This document shows positions 36,662-50,172 of a stretch of 64,000 nucleotides of DNA, in pieces (the stretch's first letter is position 1; each line of letters opens with the position of its first letter). The notes under the pieces are model-generated. The model was given only the letters and a program-made list of their open reading frames with translations. It ran no database searches and had not been told where the DNA came from. The DNA comes from Owenia fusiformis (taxonomy: Eukaryota), in NCBI GenBank assembly GCA_903813345.2, contig CAIIXF020000001.1:47058001-47122000 (forward strand), written 5' to 3'. The position numbers were made by a program, and so were the translations under genes.

Positions 36662-39600
36662 ATGCCATCAACCAAGAGTGCAGAGAAAAATGACGAAAAA
36701 TATGGAGATTTTGCAGGTTTCTTTTCGACAGTCGACGAGCATACGACATCTATTGTCGCAGCGGTGACGGGTACGTTGTTTCCACAAAGTTTATTTATGG
36801 CTAATTTTATTTATTTCACACATGCATGATTGTACATCTCTTTCAGGTTTATTCACATTTACCTGTTTAGTATATTTTAAGTATTAAGTCATAATTATTG
36901 ACTTAAACACTTCAAACCGAAATATATGCTGAACGTTTCTAGTTAAGTGTCAAGAGTGCTTGATAAAAACAAGCTTTACAAACGACCACTTGCAAACATA
37001 TAAAATATGTAATCCAAACACAATATATCACTATTGATTTTGGATAGACGCCAGCATGGAAAGATATGCCCTCGATTCACGTTTTAGTTTTAGGAATTTC
37101 ACGTTCAATGGTCAAAAATATCCAATCCATTTTCAAACTGTTAGACAGAAATAAGGTATCTTGATACGTTTTTAAACATTGCCAAAGCAGAAAAATGGGC
37201 ATGTATGATTAGTACCAAAAAGAACCAAAACCAATGCTCCCGGGACTAGTCTAGAACTTTACATTAATTTAGTATGTGCAATTATACATAGAATCAAAGC
37301 TGGCACTTAAATGAAAATTTTGTGGTAGGAGTAATAAGGTTTTTATTTGATTGGTTTATTGACTTAAACATCTTTGCATTGCGATACACACGGGCAAGAG
37401 GGAGGGGGGTCTGGAATAAGAATACTCGGTATGCATCAGTGTGTGATATGATGTACATGTAGTGTGTGATATGATGTACATGTACCCTTCTGATACTCAT
37501 AGCATCTCTCTCTGTTGCATCGCAGATGTCCAGAAGGATAGAGATGGAGAGGACGTGGCTTACCACGATGTACATGTACGAGGATATAGAAGCGCAAACT
37601 CATTTGATGAAATATGATTTCCAGGTACAATTCCCAGTTGGATAAAAGGTGGATTCCTTCGAAATGGACCTGGAAAATTTGAAGCTGGTAAGGACAAATA
37701 CAACCATTGGTTTGATGGACTTGCTCTGATGCATCGGTTTGACTTTGACAACGGTGTTGTAAAATACCATAGCAAGTTTCTGAGAAGTGATTCGTACGTA
37801 CAGGCTTTAGAGCAAAACAGGATCGTTATTTCTGAGTTTGGTACAGCAGCAACACCAGATCCTTGTAAAACCGTATTTCAAAGGTTTGTATATTAAGGCA
37901 GTTCTGCACAAATACTCACACATTTATTGTGAAATCATTGAATTCTCATCATATGGGTCTAATTTAATTAATTTCGTTTTTGTGGTCCATTATCCTCGCA
38001 ACCGTGAACAAGTGAACAGTTACGTTTCATTTTGGCATATTGGTGTTTATCGTTTCTCAGCTTTACTCCCCGGCTCTTATTTTACAAACACCATTTAAAA
38101 TCGTGACCAAATCATTTAAACGTTTTCTCGAATTGGATGATTATTACATATTTTTCTAAAGATATAAATAACCCTATGCATTGAAAACTGTTATGATTGA
38201 TTGTATCAAAATATGTGTAAATTCAGAAACGCAATATTTTCACTAAGGATTCCAGAATCCGTAGGAGTTTGTGTTTGATTTCACGATTTGGATTTAGCTA
38301 GGACGTAAATAGAGCTTGTCCAATATGGGGTTCAGGATATTGAGCTTATCCCTTGGTCAATGTAATATATCTGCCCTTGGGACGTCCTTAGTCGATAATT
38401 TGATTTGTTTATCCCATCATGCCAATCTTGTTCATCTCGTGGTTCACATGACATTGTTCAATTTGCCCAATTCAAACAATGTCTTACAAACCTACTATAT
38501 AAACCTGAAATACGTCCAAGTATGGGATAAAACGAAGTTTACTTATCTACTTTCTATTATCCTGTTCACAATGAAAATGTCAATGCTAGTGCTAAACTAA
38601 AATCGGATGCATTTTCTTTCAGATTTGTGTCTCACTTCAAACCATCACCCGAGGAAAAAGCGTCAGATAACAATATCGTTTCTATAACTCGAATAGGAGA
38701 TGGTGTGTATGCTGCAAATGACACTGTGATTTTAAGAAGGATAGATCACAACAGTTTGGATACCATGGAGAGGGTAATGGCTGAATACAAAGACTTCAAA
38801 AATATTTCATTAATATATCTTTTCTTAGTTATTCTAGATCGGTTAAAGTTGCCAAAGTACCATTGTAACAGCATGATATCAAATAGAAATACAATAGAAA
38901 GAACAATATTTGGAAATTGTTTATCGAAATATGTTTATGTCACCACCAAAAAAGGTCAAAAACGTCTTTTTTCAACTTGCTTCAAATTGACCAATTTTTT
39001 TCTAAATCATCTACAAGTTATCAAAAGTTCAAATCTGACTTTAGATTTGAGATTTGACCTTCATTGACCTTCTCAAGGTCAAAACAAGTTCAAAAAGGTC
39101 TTACTTCAAATTGACCAATTTTTTCAAAATCATCTACAAGTACTCAATAGTTCAAATCTGACTATAGATTTGACCTTCAATGAATTCTCAAGGTCAAAAA
39201 AGATTTGACCTTCAATGACATTCTCAAGGTCAAAAAGGTATTTTTCTTCTTGCTTCAAATTGACCAATTTGTTTTCAAAATCATCTTCATGTTCTCAGAA
39301 GTTCAAATCTGACTTAAGATTGAACTCATAATATTGTGAGCAACTAGGTGGTGACATTTTGTGATGTTAATGCCTTGTTTCTATTTTCATTGCTAAAACA
39401 ACCCATATTTTCATTTATTTCCACTTAACTCATATGTTTGGTTTTATAATAATTTCAAAAATGATAAAAAGGATCCACCTTGGGCTGCCATTTTAAAACT
39501 GTCGTCACATCAACTTCATTCAACTGTTCAACATTGTTAGTATAGGGAGGCCTAGGAGAGACATAAACCGATCATGATTTTTGTATAATTGATTACATCT

Positions 39601-42600
39601 TTTGTAATAAATGAATAACCATTGCGCATCTATTTCCTTATAAGAAATCTCTAAATCTTCTTCTTAGTATATTATCTGACATTTCCTATCCTACAAGTAT
39701 ACCCGTAATGCTAAGGCAGGCTATTGAGCAGCCATTTTTATTGAAAAGTAGGTCAATATGGCAGTTTATTAAATAACTTTACCCATCAACGACCTCAATT
39801 TTGACAAGTTATTTTTGGAAAAGGTTTGTATAATAAATATTATGGATAACGCGATCTATGGCTAAAGCATAATCAGCCTCTTAAACTGTCACATTGTACA
39901 AACCAACTTAAAATAAAGGTGATCAACGTAGAAATTACATAGTAATAATATTTTCTAATCGATAGGTGGATATGAGCAAACTGGTCACTATCCATACATC
40001 TACTGCGCATCCGCACATTATGCCAGATGGAACTTATTACAACATTGGAATAAACTTCAAGGCAGGCTGCTATCACGTCATTGAGATAGCTCCGGATTCC
40101 AAGAAAGATGATCCAGTTGAAGGTGCAAAGATTCTTCATACTATACCAATGGAAAGTCGCATGCACCCTGCATATTTTCACAGGTTTGTTGAGCAATAGT
40201 ATGCTATATGCGTAATTTGGCATGGATGTAACCAGAGACATATAAAACATGTCTCTGATGTAACTAACTATATAATAAGGCAAAATCGTTTTCGAATAAA
40301 ATTGAAAAAGTTATGTCCCATAAAAGTATAAAATATAATACCCTTTTTGACTAAGGTTTTGCAACGCCTATTTTTGTTTCCTAATTAGCCATTCAAGTGT
40401 ACATTTAGTTCAACTGGTCAAACTTCTCGATTTCTCACAGTTACCTCTGGCGATTTAGGAATTGTAAATTTTATATCTGATTATTGATTATATAGTTTAA
40501 ACTAATATGTATATGTATGATCGATAAAATACTTCTCAAGATCCAGATCAAATATCCTACAACACAAGGGCACTAAAGTCATCGTTTAGGGTATGAGTGA
40601 CCAGATTAAAAGTGTGTTCTCCATTTTTTCAGTTTCAACATGTCTGCCAACTATATTATATTCCACGAGCAGCCATTGAGGTTTAGTATGTTTAAAGTAA
40701 TGACCTGGAAACTCTTCAAGTCGGGGGTGGATACCATGATGTCGTTTCACAAGAACCTCAAATCAAATTTCCACGTCTGTGACAAGAGAACGGGTAAGGT
40801 GTGATTAAACTGTTTGAAAAACTATGTGTTCTAAGAATACGAGGATACAGTGCAGCAGAGCGCCAACCCCGGGGCGCCAACCCTCATATAGTAAAAAGCG
40901 GGTTGTATATAGTGTTAATAGGGTCTGATACTCTAAATATGTCATTATCAGATTATGCATGTTGTCTGTAAGATTATGTACAACCTTATTATGAATTCGG
41001 TAAAACTTTGGGCTAAGTAATTTTCCAAACCAAATCGTGCACAAGCATATCCAAACGCTAGACCCATCTTAAAAATGGGTTTTTGTTTTAAAGGTACAGT
41101 CTTGCCATTGAAATTCGTATCCGAACCATTTGTCCACTTTCACGTTATCAACTCATACGAAGAAAGTGGACATTTAATCATTGACTTGTGTGGGGCTGGT
41201 GATTCATCAGGATTCGACACTCTGTATCTGGCCTATCTTAAAGGAATTGTAAGTAAACGTAACTTTCCAACCTTACGATTATATTTTCTACCTACATATA
41301 GATATGGGTAACACATTATAGCAATAGTCTGTTCAGCTGATATATTGAGATTTGTAATCCAGAATCCAGAAAGCAAATGTAATGCCCGTGCATATAATCC
41401 TCACAATAAGGTTACCTCGGGTGTCCCCAAAAAATGAATCGCTTTTTGACAAGTGTTTCTCAGGAATTGATTACTCAAATTCATTGAAATTTCTATAGGC
41501 CTAATTGTATCATTAGTATTAAGTCGAAAAACATATAAAAGAGATCAGTTACATATTATGTGAGAATTGACAAATTACAAATTGCATGTCAAACTTGCTA
41601 ATGATACCCTAAGGCTACAATAAATTTGAATTATCAATTGCTGAGAAAACACTGGTCAAAAAGCGATTCATTATTTTGGGACACCCGATATAAACAAGTC
41701 AATGGGCACCCACGAGTCATGCAAACGTTCATTCAATGTATTTGTAAAGTTTTTGATCATGATGTTATTGCAGAAAGTGGACGATGAAGAAAGCTACAAA
41801 AACAGTAAGCTGTCCAAAGCCCAACGATCTTGGCCCATACGATTCGTGATACCTCTTGATGTAACGAAGGAAAGTCCAAAGAATACGAACTTGATAACTT
41901 TGACAGGAACAACAGGTAACCGGTGATATTATGTCGAAATTAGGAAAACAAATATATATTTCCAAGAACGAAATCTACTGCACTCTTTAAAATAATGACG
42001 ACCTCTTGATATTCGAAAAATATTTTATTCCGTTTAATGGAATTTGTATAATTCCAGCCACTGCAATGTTAAAGAAAGACGGAAACGTGTACCTTACCTG
42101 TGAATCCCTTATTCCCGAGGACCTCCGAAGCAAGACATGTGGAATGGACTTTCCACAAATAAACTATAACTTTTACAATGGAAAACCGTACCGTTATTGC
42201 TACTTCACTGGGTTTCCAGAATTTGTTATCCCGCCTGATAAATTGGTCAAGCTCGATGTTAAAACAAAAACTGCACAGGTAAATGTGAAATGTCTTGACT
42301 ATTGTTGTCTTATGATAAAACATCGTGTTCCATTTCAAATCAGAAAAACATTATTGTATTTAGCTGCTTTCCCAATATGACAGAGAATTTTTGGAAGATT
42401 AAGACAACCGCTACAATTTTCGACGTGACAAGTTAAACATCATTCTATTTATAAGACATTTTATATAAAACTATCCTCTCTTCATAAGATGGACCTTAAA
42501 ATGTAATTTAACGTTTTTCGTGTAACTTAGAACTCCAGGGCGTTATAATGAATATCAACCCTTTGACTACCATCGTTATCTCACCACCATTCAATGGTGT

Positions 42601-43255
42601 AAATAAGAAGTTATTTATTTGAAAAAGAAAGATGTAGGCCTATTTATTAGTTTCTGATACCTGATTCTTAATCCTGTGGTAGTCAATGTTTTATGTCAAT
42701 TTTTGGTCTCCTCCCATGGCCGGCCTATCTTGTTTGATTTTTAAAGTTTGCAAAATACTTTGTAGATTTGGCAAGAAGATGAGTGCTATCCATCTGAGCC
42801 TATGTTTGTTCCTGCCCCTAATGCTACAAGAGAGGATGAAGGTATGAAATAAGCATAAGGGAATAAAGAAGTACATTTGTTCTAATCTAATTTTGGTGAA
42901 CACATGCAAAATGATAAAAGTAATAAGCAATAACTACGTAACTACTGTATGCATGTTACCAAAGTTCTTATGATATTGCAAATCATTAAAAACACTGTTT
43001 TGAGTGATTTTTTGTACACGTAGTCTGCAAATTCTTGATTTTATAATTGTCTAACCTTCATCCTAGGTCTAACCCTTTCTCTTCATAATATTGCTGACAT
43101 TACTTTTCACAGGAGTTGTGTTGTCAGTTGTAATCAGCCCAAACAAAGACAAGTCAACGTTTGTCTTAGTGTTAGACGGAGAAAGTTTTAAGGAAGTTGG
43201 AAGAGCGTCGATCCCATGTGATATCCCTCTAGGAATACACGGAACTTTCATTTAA
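36662..43255 (+). CDS. Carotenoid cleavage oxygenase (BCO/RPE65 family), copy 2, complete, 544 aa. Exons 36662-36770, 37625-37883, 38623-38773, 39966-40183, 40633-40793, 41094-41248, 41774-41915, 42058-42278, 42766-42841, 43113-43255
   Basis: Ten GT-AG exons sum to 1635 nt in frame. Motifs RNGPG, HWFDG, EFGT..PDPCK, and all four Fe-ligand His (TAHPH, YFHSF, FHVIN, HGTF). Confidence 0.95.
38935..39382 (-). mobile_element. Non-autonomous repeat with subterminal inverted repeats and internal tandem units (HINE/Pearl-like organisation)
   Basis: TGTCACCACC / GGTGGTGACA inverted pair, about three internal units containing CTTCAAATTGACCAATTT and TTTGACCTTCA, and an AAACAAG end on the minus strand. 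Confidence 0.5.
41415..41690. mobile_element. Tc1/mariner-type MITE, orthologous to 681-1064 and internally deleted
   Basis: Same TA-flanked TIRs at the same intron position. Confidence 0.75.
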
Positions 43256-44369
43256 CCATTGTTCGCCATCATCGCCATCAGTCAGATGAGCACGCAAAGG
43301 ACGATACTAATTAAGCTGGCAATGATTGTACATTAATTTAGCTTGAAATGACGATTTTCGACTTATATGATGATCATGACATATCGATAAGACGATATAC
43401 AGTATTAACTAACAGAGCTAGATTTTCAGGTATAACTCAATCATATTTATAAAGTTGAATATCAAAGATAACCGAAATATAATTGAGTTTGCAAAACCGA
43501 GTTTGTGTTTGAAGCCCGGTGTTTGGAGTAATACAAGGTGATATTGCTGTTTATAAATGATATATAAGTGATCTTACGTAATTCCTTAATAACAAATCAC
43601 ACGTATGCATAGTATTTTCATTGAGCCTAGACAACAAGAAGTGGTATCTGGCAGAGGTCCGTGATCTGATCATCAATATAGACAATGATAGATACGGAGG
43701 TAAGTGATATAGTTTTTATCGAAGAGTAATTGATGCCAAATATCAACACGAGTGAGCGAGGCAAACGAATATTGATATTTGATATTATATATTTACGAGA
43801 AACTTGGAATGCAAAACCATTTTATTACAAGCTGAAAATAATCTGATAGCTGATAATCAGGTATATCCCATGATCAAAATTTGACCAAAAATTAAAAACA
43901 AATTCACGTATTATACAACTGTGCGGGTGATTAATGATATGACCCGTATATGGGGCTGATAAACGATTTTCTGGAAAATATCCTGGACGAATCGCCATAA
44001 TATCAGAAAAACACTGGCTGTTGTTCAACAGATAACACAACATACAATCGGCCGGACAAATGATGATATCAGTACTAGTATTATGACATCACAAAAAAGA
44101 ACATTTCATTGTCTTCGATGTTGTTTTGATTTCAAAAGTTATAATCAAATTGAAGTCAAAGAACAGAGCAATAATCGCCTCTCCCTTCAATTAAGTAAAG
44201 TGGTAAGTAATAGTTTTGGTCTCGTTACTAAAGCAAAAATTTTAAGTCTGCCAAACAAAGATAAATATAAAGAATTATGAAACTGCTCTTTATGCAACAA
44301 ATAACTGCCAAAAGATAGGCCTACTATAAGTTGAATTATGGACTTGGTTGAATTTCGTTTTCAGCGTTT

Positions 44370-45173
44370 ATGGGTATTTTAGAAGCAATCGAAGAAGATG
44401 GCTCTCATCCTAGAATGCGCAGACGGCCTAGGTTCTGTGTGTCTGACACGGCACTGGACTACTCGTGTGCAGGAAACAATGGCCTCAACGGATGCCACGA
44501 AGATCGCCCAACAAGAAATAAAATAAGGCGACTCCATGGCCCAAAATATATCCCCTTAGCTGACTACCTTTCCAAAAACGAGGTAACGTCAGAACAAGAT
44601 GAATCTGCATCGATGGATGACAAACACCCAAGTGATTTTTCATTGATCAGAATGGGCTTTGAACAGCAGTACTCAAAGATTCCAGAATACTTGAGGCAGC
44701 TGGGTTATGAAGATGTTAAAGATATCTACAAACCCAACTTCAAGAAAGATAGACGAGTTTGGCTTCATAAATCATCCTCTAAAAAACAATTAAACACTAT
44801 GAGTATGCCCAATGACCACATGCAAAACGAACCACAAGTGCAAGACATTGGCGTTCAATTAGCAAAGAAAGATTCACGTAAATGGCTTCATAAATCATCA
44901 GATAACAAGAAGGGAGCTATTGATGAACCTAATGATTTTCGATCACATTACACGTTTCGAAATCATAGTAGCCCCCCAAATAGAACTGCTCGCAATGTGG
45001 GTAATAGTAGCCCGAGTAAAAGCGTTACACTGATCAGCTCTTCCGCAAGTCTGTATTTGAATTCTTCTTTTGAAAATTTGTATGTTGACACTGACGAGGA
45101 TGTAACGGCTTCCAAAAGTAATGATTCGGTCAGGTGTCTTCCCGATCTTGACAATGATTGGTGCATCGTGTAA
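44370..45173 (+). CDS. Orphan 267-aa protein, copy C (intact)
   Basis: Full-length match to 10591-11394 with the same upstream acceptor. Confidence 0.7.
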   Translation: MGILEAIEEDGSHPRMRRRPRFCVSDTALDYSCAGNNGLNGCHEDRPTRNKIRRLHGPKYIPLADYLSKNEVTSEQDESASMDDKHPSDFSLIRMGFEQQYSKIPEYLRQLGYEDVKDIYKPNFKKDRRVWLHKSSSKKQLNTMSMPNDHMQNEPQVQDIGVQLAKKDSRKWLHKSSDNKKGAIDEPNDFRSHYTFRNHSSPPNRTARNVGNSSPSKSVTLISSSASLYLNSSFENLYVDTDEDVTASKSNDSVRCLPDLDNDWCIV

Positions 45174-45441
45174 GAAAAGACAGCCACGACATTTGATCTG
45201 ATCAAGAGCAATGGAGTAATTAAAGAATGACAATTATGTGAGTTTCATTCCACATTACATAGAATGACTCAAATGTAATGCGTTATTGCTCGTTTAGTAA
45301 AATAAATGACCAAGCAATTTCATTAGAATTTTTGTAAGGTTTCATTTTGATTTTAAAACATTCATATTTTGCTTGAAGACGATATCTAATGACCTTTTGG
45401 AGAACAATTTTTAAGATTACACGATTATGAATAGTGCATAG

Positions 45442-48400
45442 CTACAAAACAGCTGTTCTATTTATGGCTAATACCTTATAAGGTAATGCACATATCGTGA
45501 GTCCTATTTTCCCCTGTAAACTTGGCAGGGGCAGATCAGGAGGAAGTCGAAAGTGAAAACGTTGGAGCATGCTTGTGAAGAATAAGAACAACTCTGTTCG
45601 TGCTAGGGACTCCCCTAGACACATTCTTTTACCTGAAAAACAAAATGAAAACAATTAGGACTAATGAGAGTCTCGTGACCAGCAGAACGCTGAAGGTACA
45701 ACCAGTAAAAGTGAAACGAACCCTTTACATCCAAAGCAAAGATTACAAACACAATGAATCAGCGTCATATGCACCAACCCTACCATAACATGTTCACCAA
45801 TCCATCACAATCCAAAATCATTCTGATTTATCAGAGCCCTAACGAATAGTAAGGCTATGTTAAACCCACAATGATCCAAAATCGTTTGACCATCATTCGG
45901 AATGCTTATGATTTGTTTCTGGTTGGACTCGTAATTGCTTCTTTTCTATCTGTGTTTTATTCTGGTTTTTTGCTCCGTATCTTTGATAAGGGAAATAAAG
46001 AATAATAAACAATTTTTGTGATGTCTGGATACTTTTTAGATTATCGCTCTGAGCACACTTTGCACTATTTTGGCCATGGACTGTTCATGACATTATCTTT
46101 TGGGACATAGATATCAAAATATTCCAGTACTTCTAATTACTACCGCGTAATCATATAAATCATGCAATTATACAGGAATGCACTTCCATGGTTGTCAAAC
46201 TTTTTGAGGGAAGTGTAGGGCACTTACCTAGAGAATAGGGAATGAAGTGTGCTGGTTTGTTAACTTTCCCCTTGTCATCTAAGAAATTTCGAGGGTCAAA
46301 TTCATCCGGATTCTTCCAGAGTTTACTGTCTGCTAGGGCTGCCCATATGTTCGGGAAAATCATCGTGCCTTTTGGTAGCATATACTGTCTGAACTTAACA
46401 TCTTCTGTTGTGGAATGTGGTAAAGCAAATGGGATAATATTAGCAAATCGTTGTATTTCCATTATACAAGCGTCAGTGTATGGTACCTTTGGTTTATCAG
46501 CCATAGAAATCATTGCTTCTGTTCCTATGTTATCATCTAGTTCTTGGTGGATCTTCGCTTGGATATCCTGATTTATCGCCAGATAGAGGATCCCCCATCT
46601 TAGTGTGTTGATCATTGTATCTGTCCCTGCAGCAAATAGGTCGCTTATTACCTCCAGTAACTGATCATCTGAAAAAAGAGCCAGCGTGTTATTAGAACAC
46701 GAACCCTCGAAAGAAAATGTACATGTACCAATTATAGTATCGTTAAAGGGACAAAGTGCTAAAATGAAATCTCACTTTTTATCTTCATAGTATTTCCAAT
46801 GGATAAATAAGTACCTGATCTTTCATTTGACACCAAAAATAGCTCAAACAGACCACATCAGACTTGACACTGGATCATGAAAAAATATTTTTGATCTATC
46901 AATTAATATGTGTCAAGTTTTTAGCAATGCCATAGAAAGATGGCATTGTTGTTTGCACTGATTATCCATTCATTTTTGATAGGATTTTCAAGCATACGCC
47001 ATCTTTTAATCCAAGAGTTATTTAAAACATACATTTTTTGAAAAGTGGTAATTCACTTTTTTCAATCTCTGAACTTCAAATGCCGTTTTCTATGCGAATA
47101 AATTTTTTTTTCACTTCAGTATTATCCCAAATTAAAGTTTTTATCATATTTGATTGACTGTGTGAGTGACATGTCTCAAAAAATATTTTGTCCCTTTTCC
47201 TTCAAAAATAGGCGCATTGCCTGTTTAATATAAACAGCAAAATAATGCAAATAGCGTAATAAAACGATACAATTTATCATTATCATAATCATTTTCCATT
47301 GGGTGAATCATGGGCATTCAATAGCTATTGAAAGTCCATGGGTTAATACATAAATGTTACCCTCTAAGTCTTGTCGGCAAAATATATATGTCCCTATACT
47401 CCATACCCAAAACCTCCCATAACATAACCGTCGTTCTCTTACCTGTAAACCCATGTTTGCCAGGATTGATCTTCTCTTGGGTTGCCATTTCCTTGAGATA
47501 TGCATCCAAGAAATCTTTTATATTGACAGGACTGTGAGTCTTTTTGTGTTCTGCGATAGTTCTCTCAAGAAACTCGGTGAGTGGTTCATCATTTTCAAGA
47601 GCCTCTTTAAACTTAAATGGATCCCCGGGAATGTATTTCAAAAATGGAAAATAGTTCAACACAGACGAGGCTCCAATGTGTTCCACATTTTTATTTAGAT
47701 ATTCCAGATACAGTTGAATGTCTTCATTATCGTATGTGACTCTTTCACCAAACACTAAAAGGCAGATTATATTTGCAACTGCTTTTCCAATGATATTCCA
47801 CATGTCAAAGGCTACACCATTTTCTTTTTCTATCTCAGCTAGGAAGATCGTAATTTCATCTTGTATCCTGGGCTCCATATCGGTTTTTCCCATACCAAAG
47901 TCCTTTAAGACCCCCATTGCAAAATGCCTTTGCTCTTTCCAAAGTGGCCCCTCGGATGCAGCAAGACCTGTAAGATTACCATAGAGATTAACCCTAATGA
48001 ACACCATCATCTAAAAAGACCGAGCTTCTTCATGTTTACAGTTTATAGTATTAAAAATGAAATGGGGGGAGGGGGATCATGCAATGGAGGGACTTCCACA
48101 TTTATACTCACAGGATGTCAACGCTTAATTTTCGTAATTTGATGAAACTTGCACTTTAATCAAGACAAATAAAAAAATCACATGATTTATCTTTAACTTA
48201 AAATGGTCGCTCTACACCAGTCAGTGTTCGCTGTATTTTTCACGGTTACAAAAAAATATTTGACTTTTAATATATATTAATCATCTATAGGGTTAGCTAG
48301 GCCACTTGGTTTAAAAGTATTGTTTTGAAAATGGTGACCCTCAAGAATATTTCACTTGAAACATACATACAAAATCAATTCACATAATTTTCTCTTCATT

Positions 48401-49245
48401 ATGAGCTCGTGCATTAGCATATCTCTAGGGGAAGCCTATTCATTTACCTAACATTCCGGCCATATCATCTGTAATGAACATAGGCGGCCTTCCAGCAAAA
48501 ACATCTCCTTGTCTTACAAATGCTTCCTTGATAGCCGCGTAACTGTTCAGCACTACGACGGGCTTCCTACCCATCCTGCGATATATGTTTTTTTGAAAAA
48601 ACGTTTGATGTGTTGAATAGAATATAACATGGTAGTTGTTAAGTCATACTTGCTTATGAGACACATTTATCATTACCCGAGAATAACATCAGATGGTCTT
48701 AAGCATTACAGTTTGCATAGTTGTTTTATTCATCAGTTATATCAATGTTCAGTGTATAGGCAACTGGCACACATACGGGTGTATATAGTTACATATGATT
48801 ATATTACATAATTGTATTAATCAAGATAAGATATTAAACTAGAAGAAAAGTAACAGAAGAGAAAGAAATATACATTTATATACATGTAAGCACATACATG
48901 TATAGCTAAATGTTATACAGTTCAATTTAATTACACAATCGCAATTAGCATTTACAACCTATGATTAATACAATTTACATGACATGATTATCAATTTGAA
49001 TTTTGATAATTTTACAATTACCTCAATGTGAAAACATCTCCATATTTCTTTCCAAGTGAAACGCATGTCTTATGAAGCTCATTTCCAAGAAACGGGAAAT
49101 TGCCAACTATTGGTAGAGCAGCTGGTCCAGGTGGAAGTTGTCCTCTCGAGTTATAATACAGAAATATAAGTCCACATACTAGAACGACAATTAAAGTAAC
49201 AATTGAGACGTGGAGAGTCGTTATTGAAAGTAACTCCATCACCAT
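45442..49245 (-). CDS. Cytochrome P450, CYP2 clan, copy 2, 502 aa. Exons 49245-49022, 48575-48448, 47967-47443, 46668-46228, 45632-45442
   Basis: Same exon lengths and motifs as copy 1, except the heme motif reads [11 protein letters not shown]. Confidence 0.95.
46747..47224. mobile_element. TTAA-flanked insertion (Kolobok-like MITE) in CYP intron 3, copy 2 only
   Basis: Absent at ~12980 in copy 1. TTAA on both sides, with an AGG left terminus and a degenerate right TIR. Confidence 0.55.
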
Positions 49246-49417
49246 CTCGCTTCTCAGTTTAAATGTACTGGCTGAGGAACTACATGTACATGCCACAAGA
49301 ACAAATAATTAAACGTGTCTTTGGTGAACACTCCCGGGTGAACACTGCTAGATTAATTTTCTTATTGGTTAAATTCGACCCACTAAATTTTGTTTTTATT
49401 GTATTCTAAGTTTTATT

Positions 49418-50172
49418 GGAATGTTATAAAAACCCTTCGACCTTCGACCTGCACCTTCGACCTTCACCTTCGACTTACAGGGTGTCCAAAAAGAAAATAT
49501 TATAGAAGCTATTTTTGCCGATCTCAGACCACGCAAGAGTCATTTGATTTGTGGTTCACAGGTGAGATCGTCAATATCTTAAATTGTAGCAACGTTTGCA
49601 GTACCCTAGGTATAGTTACAGGGGTGAAATAGCGTTTTCATGTTATCAAATTAAGATTCTGTTGATGTTGATCGGGTAGTCAATCGGGTAGTTTAAATGG
49701 AAGTTTCCCTTTTTAGAACTTACTTCCTGGTTTTGATTCGATTGAATCGAAGTAAGATTAGAGTAAGTAGCGATCAATTACTGTTCTATTTATTGAGTTC
49801 AAATCATAGTCTTGTTGTGTGATCAGTATTAAAACGGGATATGGCGTCAATAACTTGTTATTTAACTTCCAAATCTTGTCCGAAAAGTGATGACGTCACC
49901 TGGCATATAAAGTATTTCGCCGATGTAAACTCAAGAGATGACAGCTATAGCTTTCGACGAGGACAGAGCTCCGTTCAATTTCATAATCTATGTGAAGTTG
50001 GACTTAGTCGTTTTTCAAAGAAATATTTTTGGACTTTGACAATTTTCATAAGAAAAGTCAAAGGTGCAGGTCGAAGGGTTTTTATAACTTTCTTTTTGGC
50101 CCGCTTTTCGGATACCCTGTAGGTCGAAGCTGAAGGTCGAAGGTGCAGGTCGAAGGGTTTTTATAACATTCC
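49418..50172. mobile_element. Mutator-like non-autonomous element (9-bp TSD) enclosing a Tc1/mariner-like core at 49478-50119, copy 2 only
   Basis: TSD AGTTTTATT at 49409-49417 and 50173-50181. TIR begins GGAATGTTATAAAAACCCTTCGACC. Empty site at 16562-16570. Inner ends are TA|CAGGGTGTCC...GGATACCCTG|TA. Confidence 0.85.
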
